Origin: Convolutriloba macropyga
Taxonomy: Eukaryota
Direction: 5' to 3'
Assembly: GCF_964194025.1 (NCBI RefSeq)
Contig: NC_134471.1
Coordinates: 30,318,001-30,382,000, forward strand
Length of the DNA: 64,000 nt
A program made the translations under genes and the position numbers. Shown here in pieces: positions 13,892 to 27,558 of the stretch (position 1 is its first letter; each line of letters starts with the position of its first letter). Under the pieces are notes generated by a model. The model saw only the letters and a program-made list of their open reading frames with translations, did no database searches and was not told the origin of the DNA.

Positions 13892-14224
13892 AGTTCCTCT
13901 TTCAGTTAATATTGAATGTGTGGTGGTAGTAATGCTGCGGCAGAACGTCAGAGAATCAAGCTAATCAGCTTGCTTCACCGACGCCAGTGTTAGTGAAGTT
14001 TCAAAAAGGACCCTAGAGTTATATTTCCTTTGGCACGATATGTCTGGGCTACCCTGTTCCCACTGTTGTTCTTTCGCAACAGTTGAAACTTTTATGAGAT
14101 TTGCTTAACAAATCGTTTTTTCTACCATGAAAAAGTCATCCATTTCCTATCAATTTTATCTCTAAAATCAACGTTATGACTTGGTGCTTCAAAATTACAG
14201 TTTTTAGAACGTGCCCCTGGTATA
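13892..14224 (-). repeat. 5' LTR of the BEL/Pao element (terminal dinucleotides mutated)
   Basis: Collinear with 7099-7442, for example the shared gtcagagaatcaagctaatcagcttgcttcac. Identity is roughly 80-90% by eye. No clean TSD or PBS is recognisable. Confidence 0.85.
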
Positions 14225-16356
14225 TGGTTTTATGCAGAGTCAATTCTGGCCAATCGAAATGCTCCGTGCAGCGAGTTGTAAGTGGTATCATTAGAAAGTC
14301 CGTCAAGCGTAGAATATACATGAAAAATAATCGAATTTGATTTTTTTCCTCGGAGTTATCGAGGTTCATAATTCTGTGAGTGTTTGAATAATTTTTTCTT
14401 ATTTTTTTATTTTTATTCGCATTTTCCTCATTTCCGATAATGTATTTCTTATTTTTGCTAAAAGATAAGTTTTAAAATGTCAACGATAGTTTTATCTTAC
14501 TATTTGAACCAAATTTTTGCCAAAAATATTGGATTATTTAATCAAAATCGCGTCGAATAATTTTTTTTAGCCCACTTTGTTTAAATCAGCTGGAATTACA
14601 AGCCAAAAAATGCAAACCCAATCTAAAATTCCAAAGAGACTAGATTTGCTCCCAATTTCTTTCAGTATTTTCTAGAATCAGAATTTCAACGTTTTTTAAT
14701 TTAAGTTAACCGAAAATGGTCCAAATTTCATCAATAATTTCTGATACATTGATTTTTTTTCTCTCATTATGTATTCCGCAAACATTGGGAGCAATTACCT
14801 GTATTCAATGGACGAGTATCAATTGCAAGGCTATTCTTGGTCAAGTTGTATATTCTAAAACCCAAAAAACTACGAGGATTGTATGGGAGCGATCTTTATC
14901 GCTTTCTTTGTTTTTTATCTTAAATACAGACCAGAATTATTTCAAATCGAGGCCTAATTATTGGCAGACCTCATTTATGTCTTAAGTGTTTTTGCCGGGA
15001 TTGACCTGAGATCTTGAGTTCGTCGTTATTTTGTAGTCTCATGACTTAGTGCCATTAATGACAGATCCAAACAGCTTCCTAAGGAGTTACAATTTAAACC
15101 ATCTAAAATTTTTAAGAAAAAGCTTAGGGTTGTAATAGCTTAGGGTTTTTTCCTTTGAAATACAAGGTTTCATAATTTTGTTATTTTCGAATAATTGCCA
15201 TTTCTGAGGTACTTGTTCCTTGCCTTGTTACATTATCAATTTAATGGCAAGTCACATATGACATTGAATTCTTATTTTTTAATGTATTTTTTGTTATTTT
15301 TGTAGTATGACATACTCCCGATGGTGACAGATCTCAATGGCTCCTGTGTAAGTTTAAATGCACACTTTCATTGACTTCGGTTGATAGATAGTGGTTTTCA
15401 CACTGACACTAAATGTTTTCTAAAAATATAAATGTTTTTTAACACTGCCCATTTTGTTTTATTGTATACTTGTTACCTAATCTTATCAAGGACGGGTCCC
15501 ATATTTTTTCTAGCGAAGTACACGATAGTTTTTACTAAATAAATTAGACAGAGTTTTGGTCGTAATTAACGTTTGTTGTTGTTAACTGATTTCGTTCTTC
15601 ATCTTGTCTCGTATTATTGTTAATGACAGGTCCCATCGGCCCCTTAATGCGGTATTATCTACTTCGTTTAGTGGTTTGAAGTTTTTATTCATTCACCAAT
15701 TATTTTCGAACACTATGTGAACTAGTATTCTTTCGCTTCCTCATTTTATAGATGTCAAAAATGTTGATGAGCGGGGTTAGAACATTGTGCTTTTTACTAC
15801 AGAGGGCTAAACTTAAAAATTAGATGCCAGTACGTAGATTAAAAATTATTAGGTATGAGAATTCTAAATTCTACTGTTTTTCGGGAAAATAAACTGACTG
15901 AGATGGTCTACCTTGATATCTGATCGGGTTCCCGTCTTTCAGTATTATTAAACTCAAATTTCTAATAGTTCACCATTGTTCGCTTTTCGTGGGGAAATTG
16001 TTATTTTGGTAGTCCTAGAGAGAATATTTAGCACAATTTATTGCTTTTCGAAAAGTAACGTTGTTCAACATTCTATTTGGCTGTTCTAGTTTGTTAGATA
16101 ATGCTTCTGTATTTTTTTTTGTATAGTTTTATAATTTGTTTTATTGTTTACAGCTTCTGCCACAAAGGCGCCAGTGAACTTTCCACGGCCGGTCCTAGAT
16201 GAATATACGTAACATCTATTTCCTCACCATACATGTATAACACTGAAGACTGTTTTCTTGTACATGTCAGCTCTAAAGTTTAATCGACAGAATTGGCGAA
16301 AATTTAATTCTCCAAAAAATAGTAGGTTTTAAGTCAGAAATTTGATTTTTACTTAC

Positions 16357-16369
16357 CGTCAAAATCCAT
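16357..16369 (-). CDS. Probable first coding exon of the KChIP-like gene (MDFD plus a phase-1 G)
   Basis: ATG GAT TTT GAC G is followed by a perfect GTAAGT donor at 16356-16351. Its phase fits the acceptor at 2147, and an in-frame stop lies upstream. This implies an intron of about 14.2 kb filled with transposons. The linkage is inferred. Confidence 0.5.
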
Positions 16370-19231
16370 GTCTCTTCTGGTATGGGCTCTCACGTCAGGA
16401 GGGAGAGAAACAAGTGAGGTTGGAGTTAACAAGGTTAGTAATGACAACAATAATAACAATCGGTCAATTAGGGATGCCTACGCCTTACTCCCTACTCATC
16501 TATGAAAAAGTCAGTTTGTCTGTTCCGTCATAAGAGGGGAGAACAGGGATTGAGGAGGATAAGAATTTGATGGATTATAGCTCGTTACAATGCAGATTAC
16601 AGATCTCTTTCTTTCTGTTTGTATCTGTTCATCCTCTTTTTATTTCAGTTCTGCTCTCTGAAGTTGGAGAGAAAAAGAGAGCAGCAGAGTATAAGTGGCT
16701 CTTGTTTCTGATTAATGGCATTGGTGGCATTGTAATCTCCTACTTTGCCACACCATTCACGGCCATTAATCAGTCATACTCTGTATACATTATAATACAC
16801 GAGGAAGAAGCCAAACACCATCTTCGTATTCTTACAACGCCTAACAGCGATTAGCAGAAACACAGAAGCTAGATAGAAAAAATTGCCTCACACTGTTTTT
16901 GCCTGAAACGTTAGACGAATTTGTGCTTACAATTTTCTTAGACATTTAGAGCAACCTAGAATTAAATTACTTTTGAAGCTTTAGGTAAGGGTATTTTATC
17001 AGAATACTGAGCTAAATTTATGCATATTAACCTGTCATAGGTAGTAGCCAGAATTTTTTAAAATAAGCTAACCTTTTTGAAAAAATATTAAAGTTAGCCC
17101 AGACAAAAAGCTAATCCAATGAAAAATAGATATGTTTGATATAGCTACAACACAAAAATGAAAATAAACGTCTGGGTTCCTTTTTTCAAAATGCACTGTG
17201 ATGGACGATTACATTTCTGTATCTCGAGCGATCGGTTAGTTATCCTAATATGGAGGTAGCAAAGAAAAGAGATACTTGGTTTAATTCCTGGGGTTAATCG
17301 ATAGTTGCCTCTTCGATTATCGGGATTTGAAGGGGACTTAGTTTTAAATCAGGCAGAATAAATCTAAGCAGCAGCGTTATCTCTATCGAGCAAGTTTGTC
17401 CTATATAATCTTACAATAAAAATAGGAATTATTGATGAAGAATTCAGTTTCTCGTTTAGCAGTGGAAATAAAATACTATCTAACTTCTCGTTAATTTAGG
17501 GGCAGGGACCGTGATCATTTCTTGGTTTCACTTCGGTAGTTTAACTAAAACCAATCTTAAAAATTGTAAAAACTGTAAAAAAAACTGTGAAAAATTGTAA
17601 CATAAAGTGAGTTATTAGCACAGACGAAACTGACAGTTACAGACAAAAAATACCATTAAAAGAAACCAAATAAACAATGCTGTGTAAAAGGAAGCAATGT
17701 GAACAAAAAGAAGTGATCTCTTTAACTGGCACCTTAGTTTGACTGGTTGTATCCGCTGCAATGAGAAAGCACCGCTACTCTTATATTCAATTCATCTGAG
17801 AATTATTCAACTAATCAAATTTTAATGAGCTGTTCAAACCATCAGAACAATTCGCGTGCCAAAATTATTTCGCATGTTGTATTTTGCATTGTTGACAATG
17901 AGGAAGAAATCTGCGCGCTGAGAAAAGTTGTAACAAATAGGAAAGGTTTAAACAGGAGACAGATTTTCAAAATAAAAGTATATTATTTAGAGGCAGGCCC
18001 TTTGGATACAATTTAAAATTTTGTTCTCTTTATTATGTTTCGAAGTAATAAAAATTTAATTGGGAAATATAAATGTTTCAATTTGTTCCAATATACCAAT
18101 CTATACTTCCAGTAACAGGTACGTTTCAAAAGCTTTGAAAAGGAGCAAAATGCTATTTAATGAGAGAGGGAAACACGGTTCTGTTTCTTCTTCTCTAAAT
18201 TTGGCGTTAATTATCACCTTGTTACCCCCCAAAAAAGCAATCGAGCAGTTTTCCCAAAATGAGACAAAACTTGCAAACTTACAAATCACTGCGTACTGCT
18301 CAACCTAAATACAGGAAAAAATTAGTTTTCGTTCAGTCAAATTTGCAAAATAAACTAAATTTTGAAAATGCAATTAGAAAAGAAACAAAACCTCACTGAA
18401 TAACAAAAGCATTTTTAAGCGTCCAAAAATATTACTGAAGGAGCGTTTCGTACGAACTGCACGTGATTACACAGCTTCTACGTAATTAGCAATGACGGAT
18501 ATAAAATGAAGTTATCGAAACACTAGATCAGCAATTATGTAATAGGAAATACTCGTATCAGAGAAGCTGAATAAAATAAAAACGAATAAATTATATAGTA
18601 AAAAATGCTGCCAAATGAGTAAAATTTGGGAAAATGTAATTGTACTCCATTCTCGGAAATTTTTAATTAAAATATACACACCTATTAAGTTAACCCTACA
18701 TTGGATATTTTAAAAATCTTTTGACGCAATGGACCATAAAAGAGAAACATTTCATAACTATCTACAAGTAAATCTATTCATTTAATGATTAACTACAAGT
18801 AAACAGAAGACAGGACAAAATATTCAATGCCAATATATCCAATGTGACAAAATACCCATAATATACCCAATATTTTATCCTAATGTTGAAATTACCAGAA
18901 AGATTATTGAACATAAAATTTAGCAAGCGCATTATTGGCCATGCGTCAGTGGCCCGTGGGACCTGATATGAAATTATAACAGTCAAAGATGTGATTAAAT
19001 TATCGGCGCAATTATGAAAAAAAACATGCTTCTAATACCGAGAGCTAATTTGTAATTTGATTTTTGAACCAAGAGATCAAAGGGGATAAATTGGGTATAT
19101 TGGCAAATTGGGTATTCGGCGTAAGGAAAATTGACATTTGACCAATTAAACTTATTTATTTATATTGATCAACTACAGGTAAACCTAATATCAAGAATTG
19201 AATAACATTAATAAATGCAAACTTTTATAAA

Positions 19232-22200
19232 TACAAGGAAGCTCGGTAATGTGCGTTTGCACATAATGTTCCGACCCTGCTCATATTTTCAACTTAGTTG
19301 TCCATCAAATGAGGGAGAGAAAGAAAATTTCAGAAAGACACATACTCTTCGAAAATAATTAGTTAATGAGTAAATTGTCTCAAGTGCAAACCTACGTCCA
19401 ATTCAAAATCTATTTCAATTTTAAATCACTAACTAAGTCAAAAAACGTCAGTTAAAACCTAAACTAACAAATCAACCTCTACCTCATCTCAAAGGAGATG
19501 TGACCTTAGTTAGATGTTGCCTAATAAGACGTTGCAACCAGTCAAAAAGAACAAAACAAAAAAGGCAAGGTCAACCATCAGCTGTCAAGTACAAGTACAA
19601 GATAGAGTCTTATGTAACGCCATCCGAGCCCCTGGGAGCATTCGTTAGCGAGAAAACGAAAGAATTAATGCCACCTTGGAGAACCAATGATACTTGTCAT
19701 TGATTAGAATCAAAGATTAGATAAATATCAAAAACAATGAACAAAAAAATGTTGATTGCAACCAAAAATCAAAGTACTTTTTTAACAAACGCTCTATTGA
19801 AAAAAGTCGAAATGGCACATATAAAGCAGACAAAAGTCTAACGTCAGTCAATTAAATCACCAAATATTATTATATTGGCATCAGCAAAAAAATTGAACGT
19901 CTGTTGACTCACTAAGACTTCACAAGTAGATGGAAAAAATCAAAATTTGAAAATTCGTTCATATTTTTATAACAAACTTATATTAAAAACCTTTAGTTCC
20001 CAACTAAACAGCATAGGTTTTTTTATAAGTCCATACAGGGAGCCAATAAGAGCTCTCACTATCCAGAAATTATCATAGGATAACAATGGAAAGTGACAGA
20101 TACATCTAAAAGTCAAGTACTCACTTAAAATTTGGGACAAAATGGTGTCAAATTCATTAAAAACCATGTGCTATACATTAAAGGCATTATGTGTGATTAA
20201 TTGCTCTCGTAATCAAAGTAAATGGAAACCGCCATTAATGTTTTAGTATGACACGAACAAAAATTACTTAAGATTGTAACAAAGTAATAAAGTGACTGGT
20301 AATTAAAAGTGATTTCACTAGAAAGAAGATGTACGCTGTTTTTAATAAGTAACTATGTTGCAAGTTGTCACAAATGAGATTACAAAATCACCGAAAAATC
20401 TAACTTTTCACTTTCACAAAAATAAATCAAAAATCTTTTAACTTCATGGGATGCTAATCGAACCATAAATTAGTGGACACAGCCTCAGGACAACAAAATA
20501 ACAATCAGTAGAGACTAAACTCAGAAATCCGAAAACAATATAACAAAAACACTTTGTTGAAAACTTTAAAGAAAAAGGATATCAATTGAACAGATTATGG
20601 CGGAATAATTGAGGTGTTTTTGATTATTAATGAGCCCTCATTTCAAGGGGACTACAAGAGAAGGACAACAAAAAAGACCACAAGCAATGACCAGTATCAA
20701 ACTTTTTGAAATTCTGAAACCATATAGCATCATAGCAAAAAACAGCAGTTTGCTCTGCCAAAATTGTTTGCTCTGCCAAAAGTAGATGGGAGATCTCATC
20801 AATAAAATTAAGGTACAAGTTGTCAAAAAAAACAGAAATAGGCAGAACTCAAAAGGTCGATCAAAGTTTTGAAAACAAAAAAAAATTAAGAGTTAAAAAT
20901 ACCCTGAAATCATGAAAAACATTTGTTTAGGTCTCCACAAGAAGCAACTAAGATCTGCCATTGTGCAGAGTGTTTGATAGCACTGCAAAAAGAAAGCCAA
21001 GTACAGGCAAAATAAATATTTCAATTTAATTTAGCAAGAAAACGGTTTCGGAGTCTGTAAAAAAATAGGCTCTCCACGAAACATTCTACAAAAACATGTG
21101 CGTTTTCAAAACAATATTTGACCTGTTATCAAAATTATAATTGCACAAAGTAAGGCAAAAAAACAACTTGCAAAATTGGGCAATGTCCAAAAGCCAAAAA
21201 ATTAATTGGAAACCGTGGTATAGAAGCAGTGAAGCCCAAAATTAAAACGAAAAATCTGTAGAACGACTTGCTTTTCACCCACTAGAAGGAACATGCAATT
21301 TGCGTTTACTGAAATCAAGCATCAGGTTGACAAAAGTTATAAATAAGTGGCAAAATTTAAAAGTAATTTGAGATTTTCATCAAACAATATATTAAAACAA
21401 TATTTAGTGAAATTTAAATCGCTATTCTTTTGAAATTCAGTAAGGAGACTGCAAGCCGAACAAAAAAGCGGGCAAAACACAAGAATTCGATTAGAATTTA
21501 AGAAAACTTTGTTGTAGGCATAGAAAACTTGAAATTCTTACTGAAAACAATATAGGATCATGAGGCTCATTTTTACAAAAAAAAGTGAGCGCGTAGTAGT
21601 TGAATTTTGATTGGAAACATTTCTGGTCTGTAAAAAACCGAAAAGAACAAAAAATTGCAATAATAGTTTCTAAAATAGGTGTTGCCTCAGTGGAATTAAA
21701 AATTTTATTATGGTCAAAACCACGAAGAGACCAAAACTAGCTTTAAGTTAAGTTTTAACAGCTAATTATTCCATTGGTCACCAAAATAGATAATTAGGCA
21801 ACAGAATATCCATATCAAAATTCAAAGATGCACTTTGCATAATGACTGTTTTAAGTTAGCAAAAAACAGGCAACATTTTTTTGATCCAGAACACTCTTAA
21901 ACGAAACGGAGGCAGAACTAGACTTCTTTTGAGTTGATTTCAAAGTCTGTCCAACAGTTTGAATCTCGGGAAGATTTGAAAAAGTGTGCCCAAGAAATAT
22001 TTAGGGCAATTTTTGATGAAAAAGGCCAAAACACTGAAAAAAATCCCCAATTTTTAAGCTTTGTCAGATGAAAAAATTCAGCAACTCACCTCCGGCCTTT
22101 AAGACGAAAACAATCGCACTATGGTTAATAAAATTAAGAAAATTCTATAAATTCTCCGAACTTTGAACAAAAACGGATATTCTATGTTCATAAATATATG

Positions 22201-22879
22201 AACCGCGATAATCACCTACAAAAAACGAAATCCATAAAATTTTCTTAATTTCATTTTCTACCTTCTATATTTCATATTCTAAGATCAAACGAGTCAGCAA
22301 CCCACCTCTGGATTTTTAGACAAAACGAATCGCACTATTTTTAATAAAAATAACAAATTTCGGCAAATTAGCAAAAAAACGGAGCCAAAATTCCATAAAT
22401 GAGAACAAAAACGGGCATCATTCCAATGTTCACAAATCTTTGAACTTCGATAAATGCCTACTAAAAACGAAATTAAGAATATCTTTTTACATATTCTACG
22501 CTCTGCTCTATATTTCATATTCTAAGATCAAAGGAGTCCACAACCCACCTCTGAGTTTTTTAGAAGAAACCAATCGCACTATTGTTAATAAAATTAACAA
22601 ATTTCGACAATTAAACAAAAACTGAGCAATAATTCCCTAAAAATGTTAACAAAAACGGAGATCATTCCAATGTTCACAAATCTTTGAACCTCGATAACTG
22701 CCTACAAAAACGAAATTAAAAATCTTTCTATTTTCATATTCTACGCGCTATGATCTTCCTGAAGATACCAATCACAATTCTGTACGATTAATATATCGAT
22801 CGGCCAAAATTGACTGAACAAAAAACCCAGTTGAGTATATAGTTCCTCTCCCTCCCCACTAAAATGGGTCAGAACAATT
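19232..22879 (-). mobile_element. HINE/DINE-1-like non-autonomous Helentron, copy B
   Basis: Subterminal inverted repeats gggtcagaaca (22866-22876) and tgttccgaccc (19267-19277); 3' hairpin atgtgc-gttt-gcacat (19249-19264). Three degenerate internal repeats of about 220-245 bp at 22070-22740. No coding capacity. Confidence 0.75.
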
Positions 22880-23372
22880 AACGTTGAGTTATCTACCTGA
22901 AATATATCGGTCGCTTTGTGTCTGTGCATCTGATAGTGCAAAACTTAAAAATCAGAAAATTGTATAAATGAACTTGAGTATTCTTGAACGTATGTGTATG
23001 CTATTGGTGCATTATGTTGTGTGGTGTTTGTGTTGTGGAAAGGCAGTTCCTAAGTTAAATCATCCAGCAGTAAAAAAACAGTCCACTAGACCACAGAAAA
23101 ATCCAGTTATACCAAAATATCCAAAAATACCAATTACAACCAGACCAGTGAAAAAATTGTTTAAAAAGCTGTTAGCATAAAGTTTCAAAATTTATATTTG
23201 AAGTGATCTACTTCTCAAAAAACTGTTTCAAAAATCAGATTAGATAATAATCGATATTCATTCGTAGTATTTCTGGGAATTTACAGTTTTGTCGGAGAGC
23301 TGCAACAAGCAACAAGGGCAGTACAATTACACAACTGTGGTTGAATTTTTGGATTAGATCACAATTGTCATT

Positions 23373-24068
23373 TTAAATATGAATGAGCGGTTCTTGCGTC
23401 AGTGCAACCTCTTCCCGACTTAAGTGGCCGAGATCATTCCATTTCTCCCAAATCGGGTTAGTAGTTACGTCATTCGAGGGCTTCTTCCGAAAAATTATGC
23501 TCCCATTCAAAATAAGCATAACGATTGAACTTTGCGAAATGTTTCCACGATTTTCTTCAACCCATTTTTGCAGCTGTTCTAAATCGATATCGTAAACTTC
23601 TATATTTAGCAACTTCGGTACATAATTCAAAGCCAAAATTTGACTAAGATGTTCTAACGGGAATTCACGTTGAACTTGCATCCCGCGTCCGTACTCATAA
23701 TCTGTGCAAAAAATTTCCAATTTTGAAGGTAGCTTTTTTAGGAAGCTGATCAGATCATCTAAACTATTGTTCCCCTTCTCATTACGAATTGACAAATATT
23801 TAATCTGCTCACAATTTGCGAAAAACGGACAAAGCTCACTTCCAAAAGACATCTGATGACACGAAGACGGTAGATATTTGAAATCTGGTTTCGGCTTTGA
23901 GAGATCATATCTAGGGTTCATTTTGAGACTAAAGTTTTCCAAATTAGGAAATGTGTTGCAGATAAACATGGAAAAGTCTTCAATATTTGCAGTTCGTTGA
24001 TTTGTAATCTTCAGCCAGAAACAGTTTTCTTTCCCTGGCGTAATATGAGATTTTTTACACCTTATCAT
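23373..24068 (-). CDS. LRR-like ORF, probably the C-terminal part of an F-box/LRR protein
   Basis: 231-aa open frame with FPNLENFSL, CEQIKYLSI, LPSKLEIF and PKLLNIEV periodicity. It has no convincing N-terminus of its own. Confidence 0.5.
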   Translation of the reverse strand: MIRCKKSHITPGKENCFWLKITNQRTANIEDFSMFICNTFPNLENFSLKMNPRYDLSKPKPDFKYLPSSCHQMSFGSELCPFFANCEQIKYLSIRNEKGNNSLDDLISFLKKLPSKLEIFCTDYEYGRGMQVQREFPLEHLSQILALNYVPKLLNIEVYDIDLEQLQKWVEENRGNISQSSIVMLILNGSIIFRKKPSNDVTTNPIWEKWNDLGHLSREEVALTQEPLIHI

Positions 24069-24107
24069 TTAATATATCAATTGCAAGAGAAATTCCTACC
24101 TCTTATT

Positions 24108-24180
24108 GTTCCAACCCTCAAATTTATTTGTTCCAACCATCAAATTTATTTATTCCAACCCTCAAATTTATTTGAGGGCT
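24108..24180. repeat. 22-bp tandem repeat, 3 copies
   Basis: (g/a)ttccaacc(c/a)tcaaatttattt occurs three times and ends in the short inverted repeat ccctcaaa...tttgaggg. Confidence 0.7.
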
Positions 24181-24894
24181 AGGAACTTTATGCGACCTTG
24201 TCTTTTTCGTTATTGTAAAGTCGATATTTGCCCAATCACTATCTTACTGAAAGAAACAAAAGGGTATCACTGAAAAACCCTCGAAAAAACTTAATCGATT
24301 GTTAAAGAGAAAGCTCGAAGTTTCCAAAAAATTTTAAATTATCTGTCAGAAGAAAATTTTCGTGGAAAATCTAAATGATTAAATTCATTCTATGTAATTT
24401 TACGAAATTAGACCTTGATTTCAAAATGAGCAAATCTCTCCCTCATTTACCAAAACTACAAAAAAGACTGACTTATGAAAAGATATGTCAAAACAAAATT
24501 GACGCAGTTGTCAGTTGATGCTCATCCGATGAAAATTATTCAATGAGCAGCAGACACAAAACGCTTAATAGTTTCATTAAAAGAGGTTAACAGCGGAATC
24601 GAAACTCCGATACAAGTATTTTATATTTGGTATCATACGCCGGGGTTTCGAAAAAAAAGTTAATGCTCAGAGTACCTTAGCTCCTCTAACACTTTACAAA
24701 TAACACTTTCAAAATTTTGTCCTTCTTTTTCGTGAAAGTAATCTCAGATCTCGAGAGTTTGAACAGATGCAGCAGTTGAAAAAAAACGAAAAGTTATAGA
24801 AAAAAAAATTCAAAGGTTAATTTTCACTTAATATTAAACAAGAAATGAGAGCAAATTGACTACTTGCAGCCATGAGGTTTTCAATTTTAGGTAT

Positions 24895-27558
24895 AAACAA
24901 GGCGACTCGGTAATGTGCGATCGCACATAAGGTTCCGACCCCGCTCATCCACAACTTTGGCTTGATTGTCTACAAAATGAGGAACATAGAAAAACCCAAA
25001 AATTCAAGTATTTTTAAAAAAAAAATTGGTGTATGAACGAAAAGAAAATCTCCAAAGCAAATAACTGTAGTGGAGTAAAAAAAGCGCATTATATTGATGA
25101 GATGTGCAAATATTAAGAAAGCGAGTCAAGGCGAACAGAAAAATCAAACAACAGCAACAACAAAAATTAATTACATCAAAAACTTCATGTCCGTTTTTAA
25201 AAACAAAACTTAATAACGAAGTCAAAATACCGTCAGATAAAACCGATATTAAAAAAATAACTTGTAATTCACCGGAAAAGATAAGGTAGTAGTCAATAAA
25301 AAGGCTTGGTAACAATTAGACAATAAAGAATAAAAACAGTAAAGTTGAAAATTTTGCTTATTTTTTTTTTAAAACAATTAATTTTGAAATAATGAAAACC
25401 ATTAGAAATCAAATAAAATACTCTATAGGTGTACGATTACCAATGCTTCCATAGAAGGAATTAAGAGCTGCCAGTATTCAATTTTTGACGCGGTTACAAA
25501 AAGAACATACAGACAACAAACAAAAAATCAAATAAAAATTGGCAGAAAACCCTTTCGAAACCGTAAAGCCATACTATGGCCATCAAAATGTTTTCAATTG
25601 CGCTTTCTCTAACCATCAATAATGTGTTATGTGTATTCTCATTAATGAAGCTAGGTAGCAAGCAGACAGAAATGGAAAAACAATTGCAAAAATAAGTAAA
25701 ACTTTAATTTTTTTTCGAAAAAAAAAAAATTCCAAAGACATGAACACCATCAATTACAGAATAAAAAAAATTAATTAGGTTCGTATATTCTTCCAAAAGA
25801 AGCCCATGAGAATTGCAATTATCTAGAATATATCTTATGTCTACAAAAATAACGTCAAACATGACAAAAATCAAAAATTGATTTACTTTTTTTTTCGTGT
25901 CGAAGCGAGTAAAGTCAACGAATTCTTTAAAAACATTCGATTGTGTGACACTAATCCTCTTTTGAAACCTTCCTTTGACAACAATTATGTCATAATTGGC
26001 CTGTAATAAACGAGACTAGATAACATCGAGACACTAAAAGGAACAAAATTACGAAGCTAAAAAGTGTTTTTTTTTTAATTTGGAAAATAATTGTTTTCAG
26101 ACTCGTGAAAGCTATCAGCTATCTACTAAAATCAAAATGTTGTCTCATCTACTCTTCCATGAAATGGCCATGAAGCCGGGTCATTGTACAGTAAAATTTC
26201 ATATGACTAAAAAGACAAAGTAAAAACGGCAGTTAAAGACAATTTAAAAAAATCAATTAAATTTTTAGAGAAAGTAGTGTTGAAGCCGTTAAAATCACAA
26301 TCTATATCTTCAAGCATTTTAATAATATCAATTGTGCCTCATTTTGAAAGCCAATAATGTGGTATATGAACGGTCAATAACGTGATAATGTAACAAAACT
26401 AGAAAACGTGAAAAATGGGCAAATACCTAAAAATTAAGAAAATTTGAAATCTAGTTGTATCGAAGCCAGTGGCCATAACTTAAGGCGTAAAACCGCAAAA
26501 AAAATTGAATTTGATTTCAAGAGAAAGCGGAAGCATTCTTTCATTGCGGAAAATAAGCTACAATGTGACCAAAGAAAGAGAAAAGCAGAGGCAAAAGTTC
26601 AATAAGTCATTATTTATTTGAAAATCAAATACTTTTAAAAGTCAAAACGACCATAAGCTTTCAAGTAATCAACTAGATACAAAAATGTGGAGCTAATTAG
26701 GAACCCCCAATTGGAACTATCACTAGTGAACTTTTTTCGAAATGTTCTGTTATTTAATTATAGAAGAGATCAATTTTTTGTATAAAAAAGGCCGAATGTT
26801 TACAATCCGAATTGATTTTGCATTAAACCAGTCCAAGATTGGTCCAAAACTAGCCGTGTCTAATGCTGTTTGTTCCTTAAGAACACTAAATTATTCAAAT
26901 GTTATAGATATTGATTTTTTTTTAGTTAAAAAATCAAAAATAGATGCTGCGTGATTGATAATCAACGAATAAATTTAGCAAAAAACGGCTAAGTTTTAAT
27001 TACAGAGCACTCTCAACGGAATTTGAAGTTAAAAAGTCCCCTTTTGATTCAACAAAGATTGTGTTCCTGGTGTTTTGGTCTGTACTTCCTGTAAATTTAA
27101 TCAAAATAGACTAAAGGAACTTATTTCGTGCTTTTTTTAAGAAAAAGTCTTAATTTTGAAATATTTAGCCAGAATTTTTGACGAAAAAAAAAATAAAAAT
27201 AGCTTACAATATTCTCCTGATTTTTTTGTTTTCACAGATAAAAATCAACAACGCTTTCAAAAAAATTAACAAATTTTAGCAAAATTGGCGAAGTTTATTT
27301 AAAAATTCCGGAAAAAGTGAATAAAATCTCGCCGGAATTCACACAATTTTCTCAAAATTTAAACGTCGATAACTCCTTGTAAAAAATGAAAATTAAAAAA
27401 ATCTTTTTTAATTCCATATTCTACGCTGGACAAGCTTTCTAATGATATCAGTCTCAACTCTCTACGATGAATATATCGATCGGCCAAAATTGACTGAACA
27501 AAAAAAAACCCGTTTGAGTATATAGTTCCTTCCCCCTCAAGAGGGGTCGGAACAAAAA
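24895..27558 (-). mobile_element. HINE/DINE-1-like non-autonomous Helentron, copy C
   Basis: 5' subterminal repeat ggggtcggaaca (27543-27554) with an adjacent partial inverted repeat; 3' subterminal repeat gttccgaccc (24932-24941); perfect palindrome ATGTGCGATCGCACAT (24913-24928). The 5' region is near-identical to copy B. Confidence 0.8.

Larger units (their letters stand above)
7099..14224 (-). mobile_element. BEL/Pao LTR retrotransposon, full-length but decayed
   Basis: Paired LTRs and a polypurine tract at 7443-7455. Gag zinc knuckles (CRNCLVANHQANNC, about 12260-12440), protease-like YAFIHPGSS (about 12010), BEL-type RT (RRICNAKA...SLNDKLLAGP.L..L.GILLRLR...DI.AMF, about 10940-11150), RNase H (VHTFCQAS..TAAV; WNHVNSKENPADQGT) and integrase remnants (about 8600-9350). 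Many stops and frameshifts. Confidence 0.92.
7044..15792 (+). mobile_element. HINE/DINE-1-like non-autonomous Helentron, copy A, interrupted by the BEL element
   Basis: 7044-7091 matches the family 5' end (...tagtg.ggaggaacta...ctca.ctg). The match resumes at 14225 (gtcaattctggccaatcg...gtatcattagaaag.ccgtc.agcgta). The 3' subterminal repeat gagcggggttagaaca is at 15769-15784; the 3' hairpin is truncated. Confidence 0.65.

Noticed and set aside
7087-14229. Target-site duplication for the BEL element
   Set aside because: The flanks (tgcgg or tgtgt on the left, tggtt on the right) do not match cleanly; too decayed to call.
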